Source of the DNA: Myxococcota bacterium
Lineage (GTDB): Bacteria > Myxococcota_A > SURF-8 > G963663525
DNA length: 64,000 nt
Assembly (NCBI GenBank): GCA_963676915.2
Contig: CAXXVK010000068.1
Location: forward strand, 32,001 to 96,000
Direction of reading: 5' to 3'
Every line of letters starts with the position of its first letter. Within the stretch, counting starts at the first letter, position 1. Positions 10,901 to 19,888 of this stretch are shown here, piece after piece. The position numbers were made by a program, and so were the translations under genes. The notes under the pieces are model-generated. The model saw only the letters and a program-made list of their open reading frames with translations. It searched no databases and was not told where the DNA came from.

Positions 10901-13491
10901 CCAAAGGTGGAAAAGAATACGAAATTTTGTTTATAGAAGACGGTGGTTTGTCCTGTACGGTCAATCCCGATCTCCCCATGCCCGTTCGTGGCTTGAGAAA
11001 AGAAGCTTACGACACGAGAAAAACCGTATGGGACAACAATTTCAGCAATAGCGAGTGGATTAAATATCTGCCTGAAGGTCATGTTGCTTTGAAAAACGTG
11101 ATGTTCGTTCCACTCAACGTGCAGGGAAAAGCCATAGGTTTGATCGGTTTAGCGAACAAACCCACGGATTTTGACGAGCACGATGCGCAACTGGCCCAAA
11201 CTCTAGGGGATTTAGCCTCCATCGCTTTGGAAAGTTCTCGGACTAGAGAAACATTGGAGATCAGCGAAGCAAAAGCACGCAGTTATATAGAAAATGCGCC
11301 TTATGGTGTGCTGATTGTCAATCAAGAAGGCCAATGCATAGAGGCGAACAAAGCTGCCAGTACGATGTCCGGATACAGCAATGATGAGCTTTTAGAGCGC
11401 TCAATCCAGGATATAATGGCACCGGAATCGATAGAAGCCGGCAAGAAACAATTCATGGGTGTTCTTGAAAAAGGTCATTCCAGGGGTGAAGTGGCTTTCC
11501 TGACAAAAAACGGCGAGAAACGATACTGGTCCATTGATGCTGTCAAAATTTCAGACACCCGCTTTCTGGGCTTTGCTTCGGATGTAACGCAACGCATGGA
11601 AATTGAAAATGCGCTTCGTGAAAGTGAGGAAACGTTCCGAGCGCTGGCGGAGAATTCCATCGACACCATCATGCGTTTCGACCCTCAATTACGTCACTTG
11701 TACGTCAATCCCATCGTAAAAACTCTCACTGGTATCGATCATTGGGACTTTATCGGAAAAACGCACGAAGAGTTGGGGTTTCCCTCCGAGATGTGCGAAT
11801 TCTGGGCGGAAGCGATTCAGTACGTTTTCGATACGGGAAAGGTGAATCGCGTGGAATTTTCTCTTCCGCACGGTTATTGGTTGGACTGGTTGTTGATGCC
11901 CGAGCTTGACAGCATGGGAAATGTCAAAGCCGTGATTACTTCGTCTCGTGATATCACCGAGCGTGTCGAATCCGAAAAACGATTGAAACTGGTAACCGAA
12001 GCCACTGCGGATCTGATTTATGAATGGGATATCGAAACTGGAAGTCTGACTTGGTTCGGCGATATCGACAAGCAATTGGGATATAAGACAGGAACGATAA
12101 AACCCACGATTGAAGCATGGGTCGAGTTGATTCACGAAAAAGATCGTGCTCAACTTGAAGACGCCATAGAACTTCACAAAAGATCCACGGAACCAATTCA
12201 CTATGAATACCGCATCCGACGTGAAAACGGTACGTGGCGGTATTGGTCCGATTTCGGACAGCCGATTTTAGGAGACGATGGCAAGCCCATTAAATGGATT
12301 GGCGCTTGTACAGATATTACGGAGAAAAAGCATATCGAAGCTCAGCTCCGGCAATCCCAGAAAATGGAGTCCATCGGACGGCTGGCGGGTGGAGTGGCTC
12401 ATGACTTCAACAACCTGTTGACGGGTATACAGGGTAATGTTTCGTTGGGTATGCTGGATATTTCTCCCGATCATCCACTTTATGACACGTTGGAAGAAAT
12501 TTCATCCGCTGCCAAACGTGCCACCAAGTTGACCAAACAGTTGCTTGCATTTAGTCGAAAACAGATCATCGAGCCGAAGATCGTCAATGTTAACGAAATG
12601 ATCGAGAGCTTAAGGAAACTATTGGAAAGGCTTATCGGCGAAGATATTTCCATTGTCTGGAAATTGGCGGAAAATCTTGGACATATTCGCGCCGATTCAG
12701 GTCAAATCGAGCAGGTTGTTGTCAATATGGTTGTCAACGCTCGCGACGCCATGTCTGATGGCGGCAAACTGACCATTGAAACAGATAATGTTCGACTGGA
12801 TGAATCATATGTTGAGCAGCATATCCAAGTCGCTACAGGCGATTATGTGATGATCGCTGTCAGCGACAACGGTATCGGTATGGATGCGGATACCATAAGC
12901 AAAATCTTCGAGCCGTTTTTCACGACCAAGGATAAGGATCAAGGGACAGGACTCGGATTGGCCACCGCCTTCGGAATTATCAAGCAACATGGTGGAAATA
13001 TTGAAGTTTATTCGGAGATCGACAAGGGGTCTACGTTCAAAGTTTTCCTGCCGATGGTCAAAGAAAAGGTGAAAGCCAAACGGAAACGAAAGATCCATAA
13101 AAATCTTCCGAGAGGTAGTGAAACCATTCTCGTCGTGGAAGACGAACCGATGGTACGAAACGTTGCCACACGTTTGCTGACTCGTCAGGGATACAAGGTC
13201 TTCGATGCCAATACCGGTCCCGAAGCGATCGAACTTGTTGAAAAGGAAAACCTACATCTCGATCTATTGATGACCGATATCGTCATGCCGAAAATGAATG
13301 GTCGTGAACTATCGGAGATTCTAACGGCGCGGCAGTCCAACTTGAAAACGCTGTTTACCTCTGGGTATACGGAAGAAGTGATCGCCCACCACGGGATTCT
13401 CGACAGCGGCCTTCAATTCATTGGCAAACCCTATGTGCCGGAAACATTGGCGATTAAAGTTCGCAAAGTTCTTGACGGCGAGGATGAGTAA
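7915..13491 (+). CDS. Cytoplasmic hybrid sensor histidine kinase with about ten PAS domains, a GAF domain and a C-terminal receiver
   Basis: Repeated PAS/PAC ends (DIT/DIS/DLS), H-box GGVAHDFNN, FEPFFTTK, GTGLGL, receiver LVVEDE..MTDIVMP. GTG start after AGGGGG. Confidence 0.95.
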   Translation: MSDQRHDQQRENADAWLKKELEQARQRIRELEAKLAGIDNEIPPHSSSVQGKAKRFSDEVLDNLPGLVCTIDMGNQLVRWNKEMETVTGYSAEELDGMNVIEFFLDETDQKRIQEKIKETYEKGYSNVEAHLTTKTGEEIPYVFNGNLKELNGVSYIVAHGVNVSRLTKILDDLKRSEQNYRNFITHASEGIYRVDITEPIPIDLPDEKIVALIDERSVVGDVNAALAKMYGLTPLDMIGKPTIKFAPGYGKRALLAVRAEHFLVNGQETVDIDKDGNPLYLSESYSAAVENGYLTRIWGAQRDITATKKADQKLKESEEHYRMLFETAQDAIMVADPHTGMILDCNSKAEELTGWSKAELLTMHQSQIHPPQTKEVNQEGFQKAVHTPGAIYTEIEIQCRDGSIIPVEISSGGTTRIGEQEYHIGTFRDLSYRKRADEALKESEEKYRTYVENAPEGIFIVDSDGHYIDVNTKACEMTGYSRKELLNMSVSNLAPPDAPPEATRSFSELKSNGQVQAEIILCKKDGTRFPASLKAVEISPNRYMGFCGDISAKKKAEAELHLQSLLLDQIQDMITGTDLNGIITYVNKAECLAFDNTPEEIIGKTIHSFGEDEIRGASQQEILESTRKNGSWSGEVVNFTKDGKEIILLARTQMVYDDHQVPIGMVGISTDITKRKRTEEALRLSEERFRLLLKNSSDIVAVIDENANELFVSDSVERVTGYTVEQYLGTNGFDHVHPEDRASMAESMEAVLSTPGAQATNVYRHQTKNGEWRYLEAIGSNYLDDPRIGGIILNIRDITDRKKAEEAIRHSEKIFRKVFDILPVGLWLADQDGTLKKGNIAGVKIWGGSPLVPQENYGVFKARKLPSGEEIAPEDWALAHTVNEGVTILNELLEIDAFDGVKRTILNSTAPVLDDNGEVMAAIVVNNDITQQKATEQKLAEALEKTQKLAEETHVFFSAAKSVLEDKTFEETARKLFDACRQLTGAVSGYVALTTKGGKEYEILFIEDGGLSCTVNPDLPMPVRGLRKEAYDTRKTVWDNNFSNSEWIKYLPEGHVALKNVMFVPLNVQGKAIGLIGLANKPTDFDEHDAQLAQTLGDLASIALESSRTRETLEISEAKARSYIENAPYGVLIVNQEGQCIEANKAASTMSGYSNDELLERSIQDIMAPESIEAGKKQFMGVLEKGHSRGEVAFLTKNGEKRYWSIDAVKISDTRFLGFASDVTQRMEIENALRESEETFRALAENSIDTIMRFDPQLRHLYVNPIVKTLTGIDHWDFIGKTHEELGFPSEMCEFWAEAIQYVFDTGKVNRVEFSLPHGYWLDWLLMPELDSMGNVKAVITSSRDITERVESEKRLKLVTEATADLIYEWDIETGSLTWFGDIDKQLGYKTGTIKPTIEAWVELIHEKDRAQLEDAIELHKRSTEPIHYEYRIRRENGTWRYWSDFGQPILGDDGKPIKWIGACTDITEKKHIEAQLRQSQKMESIGRLAGGVAHDFNNLLTGIQGNVSLGMLDISPDHPLYDTLEEISSAAKRATKLTKQLLAFSRKQIIEPKIVNVNEMIESLRKLLERLIGEDISIVWKLAENLGHIRADSGQIEQVVVNMVVNARDAMSDGGKLTIETDNVRLDESYVEQHIQVATGDYVMIAVSDNGIGMDADTISKIFEPFFTTKDKDQGTGLGLATAFGIIKQHGGNIEVYSEIDKGSTFKVFLPMVKEKVKAKRKRKIHKNLPRGSETILVVEDEPMVRNVATRLLTRQGYKVFDANTGPEAIELVEKENLHLDLLMTDIVMPKMNGRELSEILTARQSNLKTLFTSGYTEEVIAHHGILDSGLQFIGKPYVPETLAIKVRKVLDGEDE

Positions 13492-13548
13492 TTTGACAGA
13501 ATTTTTTCGATCCTTGAGTGTTTTTCTCTCACTCGGGATTCCGTAATG

Positions 13549-14844
13549 TTAGGACAAGCCTCGTTGAATGCGAATGAATTTTCCTTCTCCATGTACTCGG
13601 GGAAGTTCCGCCACCTCGCGAACGGCGTCGCGAATCGCTTTCTCCTTCGATTGATGGACGATGATATCCAGGCGTCCGAGATCTTCGGCATTGGGAATCA
13701 ACTCGGCGGTGATCGAAGAGACGGAGATTTTGTGCTTTCCTAAAATCGTAGCGATTTCTCCGATGATTCCGGGTTTGTCATCGATCGTGAAACAGATGTA
13801 ATATTCGCTGGTTACTTCCATGGGATGCACGATGTTCAATGCTTCCTGACTGATTTCCGGTTCTGCCGAAGGATTTTGCGTGCGGGTGCAGATGTCAACG
13901 ATATCGGCATAAACCGCGCTGGCGGTGGGGAAGGAACCGGCTCCACGTCCTGCGAGCATGATCTCCCCGACGGCATCCCCATTGAGAAATACGGCATTGA
14001 ATTCATTGCGTACGCTGGCCAGCGGATGCAGTTTGGAGATCAGAGTCGGATGTACTCGCAATTCGATATCGTTTTCAAAACGTTGAGCCAGAGCCAGCAG
14101 TTTGATGGCGTAGTTGTGTTTTTTTGCAAACGTGAAATCGTGTTCATCGAGTCGGGTAATGCCTTCGCAGAGAATTTCGCCCTTCGGATATGTTCCACCG
14201 AGGATGTGTGCCGCAAGAATGCGTAGTTTCTGTTGGGCGTCGATGCCTTCTACATCCAGCGTGGGATCGGCTTCGGCAAATCCCATTTCTCCCGCCAGTT
14301 TCAGGGCTTCGTAATAACTCAAGCCTTCTTCCGCCATTTTGGTCAGAATGAAGTTCGTCGTTCCGTTGATGATTGCGGCAAGCGAGGTGATGCGGTTCGC
14401 CACCATGCTTTCTCGTAGCGTTTTCAGGATCGGCATTCCACCCCCGACGGCGGCTTCTGCGAAAAATGCCTGGTTGTGGGTTCGCGCCAGGGTCGTCAAT
14501 TCCTGTCCGTGCTCCGCCAAAAGGGCTTTGTTGGCGCTGACGACCGGTCGGCCACTCTCCAAAGAACGACGTACGATGCGGTAAGCGTCCTCGGTGCCGC
14601 CGATCAGTTCCACCACAATGTCGATTTCTTTGTCTTCCAGGATCGATTCGTAACTCGTGGATACGTGAATGCCTTCGGTTTCACAGGAACGTTTTTTTGT
14701 AGGATTGCGCACGACGGCTTTCACCACGGACAACTCGATTCCGGCGCTTTGCATCAATCGCTGTTTCCGACGTTCGATGATGTTAACGAGTCCGCTACCG
14801 ACAGTTCCCAGGCCGAAAAGCCCGATTCGGATCGATTTCCCCAT
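13549..14844 (-). CDS. hom: Homoserine dehydrogenase with ACT domain
   Basis: GLGTVG, INGTTNFIL, GFAEADPTLDVEG, GRGAG..PTASAV, C-terminal DKPGIIGEI. Confidence 0.97.
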   Translation of the reverse strand: MGKSIRIGLFGLGTVGSGLVNIIERRKQRLMQSAGIELSVVKAVVRNPTKKRSCETEGIHVSTSYESILEDKEIDIVVELIGGTEDAYRIVRRSLESGRPVVSANKALLAEHGQELTTLARTHNQAFFAEAAVGGGMPILKTLRESMVANRITSLAAIINGTTNFILTKMAEEGLSYYEALKLAGEMGFAEADPTLDVEGIDAQQKLRILAAHILGGTYPKGEILCEGITRLDEHDFTFAKKHNYAIKLLALAQRFENDIELRVHPTLISKLHPLASVRNEFNAVFLNGDAVGEIMLAGRGAGSFPTASAVYADIVDICTRTQNPSAEPEISQEALNIVHPMEVTSEYYICFTIDDKPGIIGEIATILGKHKISVSSITAELIPNAEDLGRLDIIVHQSKEKAIRDAVREVAELPRVHGEGKFIRIQRGLS

Positions 14845-14859
14845 GATGTTGTTTCCTCT

Positions 14860-16008
14860 CTATCGAAAAAAGTGATGCAGAATCGCGTTCAACGATTCGA
14901 ATTCAATCAAAAAGCCGTCGTGGCCGTATTTGGAATGCAAACAGTCGTATTGTGCCGAAACACCATTCTTTTGAAATAGACGATAGGTTTGCTCGACTTC
15001 CTCGGCTGTGTACAAAATATCCGAATCAATGCCGAGAAACAGCATTTTTGCACGAATTTGTCGGATCGTTTTCGGCAGGTCCGGTCGATTGCGTGCAATA
15101 TCGTGCTCGTTGAGTACCTGAAGCAGTTTTAGATAACAATTTGGATCGAAACGAAGCAGAAGTTTTTCGCCCTGATGATCCAGGTAGCTTTGCATTTCAT
15201 AGTAGCGGTCGTCTTTTTCCAGGCTGAATGCCGTTTGACGCCCGAAACGCTCGGAGAATTCCGCCGGGCTGCGATAGGTGACCATCGCGACTTGACGAGC
15301 CAATGACAACGCTAGTTTGGGTTTCGGTCCCCCATAGTAGTGTCCACCTTTGAATTGCGGATCGAGATCGAAACAGCGTCGTTGAATGTGGTTGAAGGCG
15401 ATGGCCTGGGCGCTCCCTGCCGCCGGTGCGGCGATCACCACGCAGTTTTCCGTAGGAATTTCATCAAGCAACGCCCATTCGAGAGCGATCATTCCTCCCA
15501 TCGAACCGCCGATTACGCAAAACAGACGTTCGATTCCCAGGGCTTTGATCAAATCGGCGTGAATTCGAGCAAGATCACGAGAGGTGAGGGGAGGGAAATC
15601 CGGTCCCAATGGCTGGTTTTCTCCCACAGCTACCGATGTGGGACCGCTTGAGCCGTAGCAGCTTAACGGGTGGTTGGGGCAGATGACGCAGTATTTAGAC
15701 ACGTCGAGTGCACTACCGGACTGAAAGATGCCTTCCCACCAGCCCGAAGACCATCCGTCGCCGCTTCGATATCCCGCGCAGTTGGCGTCTCCCGTCAGAG
15801 CGTGAAAGACCAGCACGATGTTGTCACGTTGGGGATTGGGTCGCCCGAACACCCGGTAAGCTACCGTCAAGTTGGCGATGGTTTCTCCTGCGTCCGAAAC
15901 GAATCGGTCGAAGACGTGTTTATGCAGGCAGTCGGGAGCGGTCTTTTGAGCAAATCCCAGTTTTTTTCCGGCTTTTTCAGCCGTCAGAACAAAATTACTC
16001 CGATGCAT
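14860..16008 (-). CDS. metX: Homoserine O-acetyltransferase (MetX family)
   Basis: HALTGD, nucleophile GGSMGG, GIDSD, GHDGFL. Located in the met operon. Confidence 0.93.
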   Translation of the reverse strand: MHRSNFVLTAEKAGKKLGFAQKTAPDCLHKHVFDRFVSDAGETIANLTVAYRVFGRPNPQRDNIVLVFHALTGDANCAGYRSGDGWSSGWWEGIFQSGSALDVSKYCVICPNHPLSCYGSSGPTSVAVGENQPLGPDFPPLTSRDLARIHADLIKALGIERLFCVIGGSMGGMIALEWALLDEIPTENCVVIAAPAAGSAQAIAFNHIQRRCFDLDPQFKGGHYYGGPKPKLALSLARQVAMVTYRSPAEFSERFGRQTAFSLEKDDRYYEMQSYLDHQGEKLLLRFDPNCYLKLLQVLNEHDIARNRPDLPKTIRQIRAKMLFLGIDSDILYTAEEVEQTYRLFQKNGVSAQYDCLHSKYGHDGFLIEFESLNAILHHFFR

Positions 16009-17254
16009 CGGTTAGACCCCGTTCGAGATCGGCCACGATATCCTCGAAATTCTCCAAACCTACGCTCATACGAATCAGTTCATCCGGAGCACCTGCCGCC
16101 AACCGTTGTTCGGGCGTCAAGGGTTCGTGGGACGTAGAGGCCGGATGGAGAATCAGAGTCTTCGTGTCTCCCAGATTGGCCAGATGATGAATCATCCGGC
16201 AGCCATCCACCAACCGTTTTCCGGCTGCGAAACCGCCTTTAAGGCCGAAGGAGAGCAAGGAGGAATATCCTGCTGGCAGGTATTTTTCGGCATTGTTTCG
16301 GCAGGGATAACCCGAAACCGTCGGATAATTCACGTATTCTACAGCCGGGTGACTGCTTAGAAAAGCCGCCAGCCTGGAAGCGTTGTCGCAATGGCGTTCC
16401 ATTCGCAAGGCAAGTGTTTCCAGACCTTGTGCAAGCAAAAAGGCATTCATAGGGGCGAGGGCGCCGCCGAAGTCACGCAGGGTTTCCGCACGAATGGCCG
16501 AAATCACCGGAGATTCACCCTCTACGGCATAGGATTCCAGTGCGGGAAAACTTCGGGGCCAATCCAGCGATCCCCCGGATATCACGACACCTCCCAATGC
16601 CGCTCCGTGACCGCCGATATACTTGCTTGCCGAATGCACCACAAGATCGGCTCCATGCTCGAAAGGTCTGCACAGACAGGGAGTCGCCACGGTATTGTCC
16701 ACGACGAGCGGAAGATTTCGGGCGTGGGCGATGTCGGCAAGCGCTTCAAGGTCCGGGACATCGATTTTCGGGTTCCCGATCGTCTCTACGTACAGCACTC
16801 GGGTTTTGTCTGTTATTGCCTTTTCGAAGGATTCGTAGTCCGTGCTTTCGACAAAATGCGTTCGGATGCCGAACCGGGCCAACGTTGTCGAAAACAGGTT
16901 GAATGTTCCGCCATACAACGAAGCTGAGGAGACGATTTCGTCTCCGGCGTGAACCAGGGCAAGCAGTGTCGAAGAAATCGCCGACATTCCTGACGCGAAG
17001 GCAACGGCGCAATCTCCCCCTTCGAGATTCGCCATGCGACGCTCGAAAACGTCAACTGTCGGATTGTTCAGGCGGGTGTAAATGTATCCAGGTTCTTCCA
17101 TCTTGAACAGGCGGGCGGCGTGATCCGTATCGTTAAAGGTGTAGGCCGTCGTCTGGTAAATGGGAACGGCACGAGCGTTCCGATGCTGGTCGCTAGAAAA
17201 ACCTGCATGGATGGCACGTGTATAAAATCCCCAGTTGGTAGATTTTCTGGACAT
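15995..17254 (-). CDS. metY: O-acetylhomoserine aminocarboxypropyltransferase / sulfhydrylase
   Basis: PIYQTTAY, YTRLNNPT, PLP motif HSASKYIGGHG, ANLGDTKTL, RMSVGLE. Confidence 0.93.
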   Translation of the reverse strand: MSRKSTNWGFYTRAIHAGFSSDQHRNARAVPIYQTTAYTFNDTDHAARLFKMEEPGYIYTRLNNPTVDVFERRMANLEGGDCAVAFASGMSAISSTLLALVHAGDEIVSSASLYGGTFNLFSTTLARFGIRTHFVESTDYESFEKAITDKTRVLYVETIGNPKIDVPDLEALADIAHARNLPLVVDNTVATPCLCRPFEHGADLVVHSASKYIGGHGAALGGVVISGGSLDWPRSFPALESYAVEGESPVISAIRAETLRDFGGALAPMNAFLLAQGLETLALRMERHCDNASRLAAFLSSHPAVEYVNYPTVSGYPCRNNAEKYLPAGYSSLLSFGLKGGFAAGKRLVDGCRMIHHLANLGDTKTLILHPASTSHEPLTPEQRLAAGAPDELIRMSVGLENFEDIVADLERGLTDASE

Positions 17255-17444
17255 TTGCAACCTCTACGATTGAACTTTGCAAAAGGATGCTGTATTCTAT
17301 TCTTCGTGGCGTCTATCTTCCTTGACGGGATGATTCGACCCATTGAACCACAAAATTTCAAGGGAGGAAATCCGACGGTACGCCCCCGGTCGAATTTTTT
17401 TCGGACATTCGACCTTATTGAAGCGATTTTTCTACCAGAAAGCA

Positions 17445-19847
17445 ATGATGAATTCAAGCAACGATACAACCGATATCCTGGATATCTTCAGTAATTTGGA
17501 CGATGCGGTGATTACGACCGACGAGCGCTTCGTTGTGACATCGTGGAATCGTGCGGCGGAACGTTTGTATCGGTTGCCGTTCGATAAGGCTATGGGAGAA
17601 ACGTTGCTGCATCTAATCGAAATTCCCGGCATGGACATACCATCGGATAGCTTGAGCTTTCTGTTGGAAGACAAAGGGAGTTGGCGTGGAGAAAGCCTCC
17701 ATCATTGTATCAGTGGAGTGAGCATCTGGGTGGATTGGTCTCTGAGTCTGCTGGTTCTTCCCGGCGAAGGGCTTTCGGGAACGATTTCGATCATCAAAGA
17801 TATTTCCGAAAGAAAAGAGGCAGAAGAAGCTTTGCGAGAAAGCGAGGAACGCTTTCGGAAACTCTCCCAGGCCGCTTTTGATGGGATACTGATCCACGAA
17901 AACGGTTATCTCATCGATGTAAACGAGCGATTTGCCACGATGTATGGTTTGGATAAAAGCCAGTTTCTCGGCAAGTCGATGTACGAAATGATTGCACCGG
18001 AATATCACGGTGTTTTTGCAAAAAAATGCAATACGATCGAAGAAGTTCCTTTCGAAGTCTCGGGAATTACTCCACAAGGTCAAAACCTATCCCTCGAGCT
18101 GGTTCAAAAGCGTTGTCGATATCACGGGCGGGACGTTTTCATTGCAGCCGTGCGTGATTTGACGGATCACAAAATCCACGAAAAAACCATTTTGGAAAAC
18201 CAGCACCGCCTGAAAAAGCAAAACCGAGAACTTTTCGGGCTTGCGCAGCGCAACATTCACAACTTGGGGGATCTTGAATCGACGTTCAGCGATCTTACGC
18301 GGATGGTGGCGCATACTCTGGAAGTTCACCGAACCGGTGTGTGGATGTTCGAACAGGATGATTTCGTTCTAAAATGTGCAAAATGCTACAATCGTCAAGA
18401 GGCTCGTTTTTCAAGTGGAGAGACGATCCAATATTCCGATTGTCCCCGCTATTTCAAAGCATTGACCAATCAACGAACCCTCGCGGTGGATCAGGTGGAT
18501 AACGACTCCCGGACGAGCGATCTCCAATCTTTCCGAGGAAACAATCCTACGCCGCTTTTTTCGATTCTCGATGCCCCCGTATATCTTCGGGGAAAGCAAG
18601 TAGGCATCGTTCACAACGAGTTTTACGGCTTCATCCGCAAATGGACCCTCGACGAGCAGAATTTCCTCGGGTCGGTGGCGGATTTCGTGGCGCTGTCGAT
18701 CGAGACGATGGAACGGGATCAGTTCGAGCAATCCCTGAGGGAAAACCGCAAGTGGCTCTCTACGATATTGCACAGCGTCAGCGACGCGGTTTTAGCGACC
18801 GACAAAAACGGTATTTTGGTCTTTTTCAACCGTTCTGCACAGAACCTTCTTGAAAAAGAAACCGGTGAGCTGACTGGATCCAATGTAGAGAAAGTATTTG
18901 AAGTCGTTGATGAATTGACACTTGACCCGTTGGAAAACCCGGCCATGCAGGTGTTGAAGTCGTCCGATCCCTGTTTGATTGAAGAGGAAACCTTTTTCCG
19001 GCCCAATCGAAGCGAAGACCGCATTTTACCCGTTTCAATAATCTGCGCTCCGATGATTCCGGTAGAAGGAACCATCGAAGGATGTGTGCTCGTTTTGCGC
19101 GATCTTTCACAAAAGCGCGTGTTCGATGCTCGATTGCGGCAGCAGCAGAAACTGGAATCTTTGGGTACGTTAGCCAGTGGCGTTGCACATGAGATCAACA
19201 ACCCGATCAATAGCATCATGAATTATGCGGAGTTGATACGGGAACGAGCCAAGGAAGATGACAGCGACTTTGAATATTCTACCGAAATCATTTCGGAAAC
19301 CGAACGCGTGGCCGACATCGTTCGCAACCTTCTGGCCTTTGCCCGCCAGGAAAAAGAAACTTACGACGACTATCCCATTCAGGAATTGTTGACTTCAGTC
19401 CTAAAACTGATTGCCTCCAATTTGAAAAAGGACCGAATACAGGTCGAATTGGATTTTCCCGACAAAACGCTTTACGTCTATTGTCGTCGTCAACAGATCC
19501 AGCAGGTATTGCTCAATTTAATCACCAACGCCAAGGATGCATTGAATGAGCGGTACCCGGAAAGTCACGAAAACAAAAAGCTTACCATTCAAGCCCGATC
19601 TTTCGAAAAAGGTGAACAGGTTTGGGTTCGAATGACGTTTACGGATCACGGTGTGGGGATATCACCTAAACATCTCGGAAGAATATTTGACCCGTTTTTC
19701 ACGACGAAACCGAAAGATGTGGGAACCGGGCTGGGATTATCGCTGAGTCATGGAATCGTTTCGGAACATGGGGGAGAATTGAGAGTGGAAAGCCGGATAA
19801 ATGATTATACTCGTTTCATCCTGGAATTGCGAAATGGTGAAAAATAA
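17445..19847 (+). CDS. PAS-PAS-GAF-PAS sensor histidine kinase
   Basis: H-box GVAHEINNP, NLITNA, FDPFFTTK, GTGLGL. Start uncertain (track gives 17343). Confidence 0.93.
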   Translation: MMNSSNDTTDILDIFSNLDDAVITTDERFVVTSWNRAAERLYRLPFDKAMGETLLHLIEIPGMDIPSDSLSFLLEDKGSWRGESLHHCISGVSIWVDWSLSLLVLPGEGLSGTISIIKDISERKEAEEALRESEERFRKLSQAAFDGILIHENGYLIDVNERFATMYGLDKSQFLGKSMYEMIAPEYHGVFAKKCNTIEEVPFEVSGITPQGQNLSLELVQKRCRYHGRDVFIAAVRDLTDHKIHEKTILENQHRLKKQNRELFGLAQRNIHNLGDLESTFSDLTRMVAHTLEVHRTGVWMFEQDDFVLKCAKCYNRQEARFSSGETIQYSDCPRYFKALTNQRTLAVDQVDNDSRTSDLQSFRGNNPTPLFSILDAPVYLRGKQVGIVHNEFYGFIRKWTLDEQNFLGSVADFVALSIETMERDQFEQSLRENRKWLSTILHSVSDAVLATDKNGILVFFNRSAQNLLEKETGELTGSNVEKVFEVVDELTLDPLENPAMQVLKSSDPCLIEEETFFRPNRSEDRILPVSIICAPMIPVEGTIEGCVLVLRDLSQKRVFDARLRQQQKLESLGTLASGVAHEINNPINSIMNYAELIRERAKEDDSDFEYSTEIISETERVADIVRNLLAFARQEKETYDDYPIQELLTSVLKLIASNLKKDRIQVELDFPDKTLYVYCRRQQIQQVLLNLITNAKDALNERYPESHENKKLTIQARSFEKGEQVWVRMTFTDHGVGISPKHLGRIFDPFFTTKPKDVGTGLGLSLSHGIVSEHGGELRVESRINDYTRFILELRNGEK

Positions 19848-19888
19848 ATTATTCTGATTTTACTTGGATTTTCGAAAGTACCGCATTC

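Noticed and set aside
17255-17444. Canonical SAM-I riboswitch or T-box upstream of metY
   Set aside because: Consensus elements were not found by eye; only the 8-mer pairing pattern is reported.
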